From Fidelibacterota bacterium (GTDB lineage: Bacteria > Fidelibacterota > Fidelibacteria > Fidelibacterales > DSDE01), in contig JBJKQR010000012.1 of assembly GCA_046735395.1 (NCBI GenBank), forward strand, positions 64,001 to 128,000: a DNA stretch of 64,000 nucleotides. The letters are read 5' to 3'. The first letter of the stretch is position 1. Each line of letters opens with the position of its first letter. The position numbers and the translations under genes were made by a program. The notes under the pieces were generated by a model, which did no database searches, had not been told where the DNA came from, and worked only from the letters and a program-made list of their open reading frames with translations. Positions 60,838 through 64,000 of this stretch are shown piece after piece.

Positions 60838-61890
60838 TTATTTAAATATAATTTCCAGGGTCAGTTCAAATTTGTCCCGGCCATAGGCCGTGCCGCCGTC
60901 AGTATCGGAGATATAATGCCGCCAGGCGGGTTTGATGGAATAGAGTCCCAGTTCGCTTCGGGTTACCGTATACCCGTAATCCAGCCAAAAAAAGGTGTAA
61001 TGAGTGACGCTGCCCTTCCAATCCATTCTGGCCTGATCAAAAAAACCATTCAGAGTCCCCGGGCCCAGTTTTTTCCTGGCACCGATTCGCCAGATATCTC
61101 CCCGATAGGCATTATCCGTATCGGTCGTCAGGCCGAAAGCTCCCTGAAAATCCGTATCCGCAAAGCGGTAACCAAGTGTACATCCGAAAGTCAGCGGATT
61201 GTTGTAGCTCGTATTGTTGTTGTCATACAGAACCATGGGGCCGAATTTTATTCCAGCCAGCGTCAGGTCGTAATTCAGTATGACAGTGCTGCCATCCTTT
61301 GTTTTTACCGTGCTGTCGGCATCAAAATACTCTTCACTGTTCGTCACGTTTTCATTCATGGAAAACCACGCCTTCAGTTTTCCCGGACCCGCATTCACCC
61401 AGAAATTTCCTCCGGTTATCCCCACATTGCTGTATACGATGACCGGGACATCCAGAACAATAGTGGGGTAGTAGTGAATATCCGTGAGAGGAGTGCAGAC
61501 AAAGGGAATACGTCCCAGTGACCATCCGTATCCGCCTTTGTCCGTTCCGAAATATAATTGCGTCCAGACGGCGTTTGGTGCCTGAGCACTTCCATCGGAT
61601 GACCGGGTGATAAGATCATTCCCGTCCCCCATTTTTTCCCAGGTGCTTTTGGCGCAGTGGCTGATCTGAGCATTGAAAAAGTATCCGTCACTGATGGTGG
61701 CTTTCAGGTTTAAACGTGCGCGGTAATAAATATAATTATCTATTGTTCGTGACTGTTTTTCTCCCTTTGAATCATAATTCGTAATCATGTCCATTCGGGG
61801 CCGAACCCGGGAATCCCCGCTGAAGATGATTTCCGCCGGCAAATTACCGGCCGTGATGATACTGATGATGGCAAAAATGAGTTTTTTCAT
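60838..61890 (-). CDS. Outer-membrane beta-barrel/porin-like protein (alginate-export-like)
   Basis: Signal peptide MKKLIFAII, motifs FSGDSRVR and YYRARLNL, amphipathic strands and C-terminus LEIIFK. Confidence 0.65.
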   Translation of the reverse strand: MKKLIFAIISIITAGNLPAEIIFSGDSRVRPRMDMITNYDSKGEKQSRTIDNYIYYRARLNLKATISDGYFFNAQISHCAKSTWEKMGDGNDLITRSSDGSAQAPNAVWTQLYFGTDKGGYGWSLGRIPFVCTPLTDIHYYPTIVLDVPVIVYSNVGITGGNFWVNAGPGKLKAWFSMNENVTNSEEYFDADSTVKTKDGSTVILNYDLTLAGIKFGPMVLYDNNNTSYNNPLTFGCTLGYRFADTDFQGAFGLTTDTDNAYRGDIWRIGARKKLGPGTLNGFFDQARMDWKGSVTHYTFFWLDYGYTVTRSELGLYSIKPAWRHYISDTDGGTAYGRDKFELTLEIIFK

Positions 61891-62180
61891 AATCATCTCC
61901 TGTCCTGACAATTGACTAAATAATTTCTGCTTAAGCTGCTTGGATATCTGACTGCGGGCTGAGTACATGACGAGACTCATTTCAGCCCGGGCCGCTCTCA
62001 TCCTGTTTTTAAATTTAGGGGATGCTGTGCGGATATTCAACAGGTCCTGCCGGAATAATCCGGAAATATGGCGCTCATTTCATCGGAATGATCCTGAAAC
62101 GAATTGAAGCAGGGATGATGAAAATCCATATCCGGGAAAATATGAATTGATAATGAAGTCCGGAGCCGATAATTTCAGCC

Positions 62181-64000
62181 ATGGATCACCCTCAATACTG
62201 CCAGATCGCCTTTCCCATCGAACAGGATGGCCTCTATACCTATAGAGTGCCGGAAAAACTGCAGGAAAGTCTGAAGCCCGGGATGCGGGTGATTGCCCCC
62301 TTCGGCCGCCGTCGTCAGTCCGGATACTGCAGCGCTTTGTCCGCGTCGCTTCCGGAAGGACTCGAAAATGTAAAAATCAGGAACATTGAATCTGTTGTGG
62401 ATACAGAACCTCTTTTCCCGGACGCGCTGATGGATCTGCTGCGATGGATTTCCAATTATTATCTCTGTCCCCCGGGACAGGTATATAAGACTGCCCATCC
62501 TGCAGAGAGCGGCCTGAAACGCGTACCGGTATATATGATGAATGAGGAGACAGCGACACATCCGGGGCTCCGTAAGCTTCCCGAAGATCCCCGCGGAATG
62601 GAAGTGGGGAGAGAAAACACATGGACGGATGAGGAACGGAAGGATCTGGAACATCTGATCCGTGACGGTATTCTCAGCATAGAAAATACATGGCCGGCAA
62701 AAATGCAGCAGTCACGAAGCCGCTATCTGGTACTGGACCGTTCGCCGGATGAAAAACTGAATCCCGTACAGCTGCGGGTCGTCCGATACCTGGAGACCCT
62801 GCCGGATAAAACGGCCCAGCCCGCCGCAATCCGGCAGCACCTGGGATGCAGCGATTCACCCTTGAAGACTCTTCTGAAGAATGGTATTCTGAGCGAACAC
62901 TTCGTGGAAAATGAAGCAGATCCCTTTAACGACGGGTTTCCGGTCCGTCACCGGACAGTACAGCCGGATCCGGACCAGCAGGCGATTATTGATGAAATCA
63001 CCTCCAATGCGGATACCTTTCATCCCGTTCTGCTTCACGGCGTGACGGGGAGCGGCAAAACCGAAATTTACATACAGCTGGCCCGGAAAATGCTGGAGGC
63101 CGGAAAGGACGTACTGATTCTGGTGCCCGAGATATCCCTGACTCCACAGATCGCAGGGCGTTTCAGGGCGGTTTTTGAAGACAAGGTGGCCATCTGGCAT
63201 AGTCAGATGACGGCAGTGCAGAGGTTGTGGACCTGGTCCTCCATACGAAAGGGGCGAATCCGGGTGGTGGTGGGGGCCCGCTCAGCACTGTTTTCACCCT
63301 TTCGCAATCCCGGCCTGCTCATTGTGGATGAAGAGCATGAAGGCAGTTACAAGCAGGAGAGCCCGGCTCCCCGTTACCATGCCCGGGATGCGGCGCTCTA
63401 CTATGGCCGCATTCTTCAGGTTCCGGTGATTCTGGGATCCGCGACACCGTCCTTTGAAAGCTGGTATCTCAGCCAGCAGGGAAAATTGAAGTATTACAGC
63501 CTGAAACGGCGTTTCGGAAAGGCGCTTCCGCCGTCCATAGGGATCGTGGACATGACCCGGGCACATCATGACGGCATCCTGTCCCGCCAGCTTCTGGATG
63601 AAATCCGCCGGACTCTGGCACGCAACGAGCAGATCATCCTGCTCCAGAACCGGCGGGGTTTCAATACGGTTCAGCAATGCACCCAGTGCGGGAAAACGGT
63701 TCAGTGCGACCATTGTTCCGTCAATTATACCTATCATAAATCCGTGCATCTGCTGCGCTGCCACTACTGCGGTGAAACGAGGGAACCCCTGCAGCGCTGT
63801 CCGCACTGCGGTGACACGCTACGCCTGAAAGGTACCGGAACGCAGAAAATCGAGGAACATCTTCAGCGGGTTTTGCCATCCACTGCCATTGTTCGCATGG
63901 ATCATGATACGACACAGAATAAGAATGCCCATATCCGGATTCTGGATGCATTTGAAAAAGGTGAATACCAGATCCTCCTCGGTACTCAGATGATAGCCAA
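62181..64000 (+). CDS. priA: Primosomal protein N' (replication restart helicase), 3'-truncated by the window edge
   Basis: Absent from the ORF track and translated by hand: YTYRVP..PGMRVIAPFG, LHGVTGSGKTE, VPEISLTPQ, VDEEHE, NRRGF, four CxxC and LLGTQMIA. Confidence 0.96.
   Translation, partial: MDHPQYCQIAFPIEQDGLYTYRVPEKLQESLKPGMRVIAPFGRRRQSGYCSALSASLPEGLENVKIRNIESVVDTEPLFPDALMDLLRWISNYYLCPPGQVYKTAHPAESGLKRVPVYMMNEETATHPGLRKLPEDPRGMEVGRENTWTDEERKDLEHLIRDGILSIENTWPAKMQQSRSRYLVLDRSPDEKLNPVQLRVVRYLETLPDKTAQPAAIRQHLGCSDSPLKTLLKNGILSEHFVENEADPFNDGFPVRHRTVQPDPDQQAIIDEITSNADTFHPVLLHGVTGSGKTEIYIQLARKMLEAGKDVLILVPEISLTPQIAGRFRAVFEDKVAIWHSQMTAVQRLWTWSSIRKGRIRVVVGARSALFSPFRNPGLLIVDEEHEGSYKQESPAPRYHARDAALYYGRILQVPVILGSATPSFESWYLSQQGKLKYYSLKRRFGKALPPSIGIVDMTRAHHDGILSRQLLDEIRRTLARNEQIILLQNRRGFNTVQQCTQCGKTVQCDHCSVNYTYHKSVHLLRCHYCGETREPLQRCPHCGDTLRLKGTGTQKIEEHLQRVLPSTAIVRMDHDTTQNKNAHIRILDAFEKGEYQILLGTQMIA

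Noticed and set aside
62175..63951. Several short minus-strand ORFs in the track
   Set aside because: The region is occupied by priA on the plus strand, which the track omits because it has no stop within the window.

Overview
A gene-dense, mostly core-genome 64 kb bacterial segment (standard genetic code) from an anaerobic, peptide- and amino-acid-fermenting diderm. An FCB-group affiliation such as Marinimicrobia/Fidelibacterota is my inference from gene content and style, not a database result. From left to right it holds: an ald - CoA-transferase - nfnAB - vor (2-oxoacid:ferredoxin oxidoreductase) - usp energy module; a secreted two-esterase fusion; a lipoprotein; a REC-REC-GGDEF protein with a degenerate active site; aminotransferase - MFS - gcvT - ftsK; an AT-rich beta-propeller/Y_Y_Y sensor kinase converging on a PAS-only protein; ygjP-like protein, RNase H, rluA, pepD and pepP; tRNA-Arg(CCT) - TPR - hutH - rpiB; rpsT; DUF2953 - ytfJ - crp; a long minus-strand housekeeping run (tilS-hpt-ftsH-folP-cdaA, then SLBB-ahcY-mltG-uvrD-fur-gph); a TetR - MMPL/RND - LolA-like - outer-membrane-protein export operon; a tandem substrate-binding protein plus hybrid kinase; an outer-membrane beta-barrel; and a partial priA. 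I found no CRISPR array, prophage, IS element or rRNA. The most notable candidates are an unannotated ~105-nt structured RNA at 37926-38028, an RpiB resembling microcompartment-type enzymes that is coupled to hutH, an RNase HI with an atypical N-terminal domain, recurrent leaderless genes and uORFs, and the transporter-less tandem SBP/kinase sensor.
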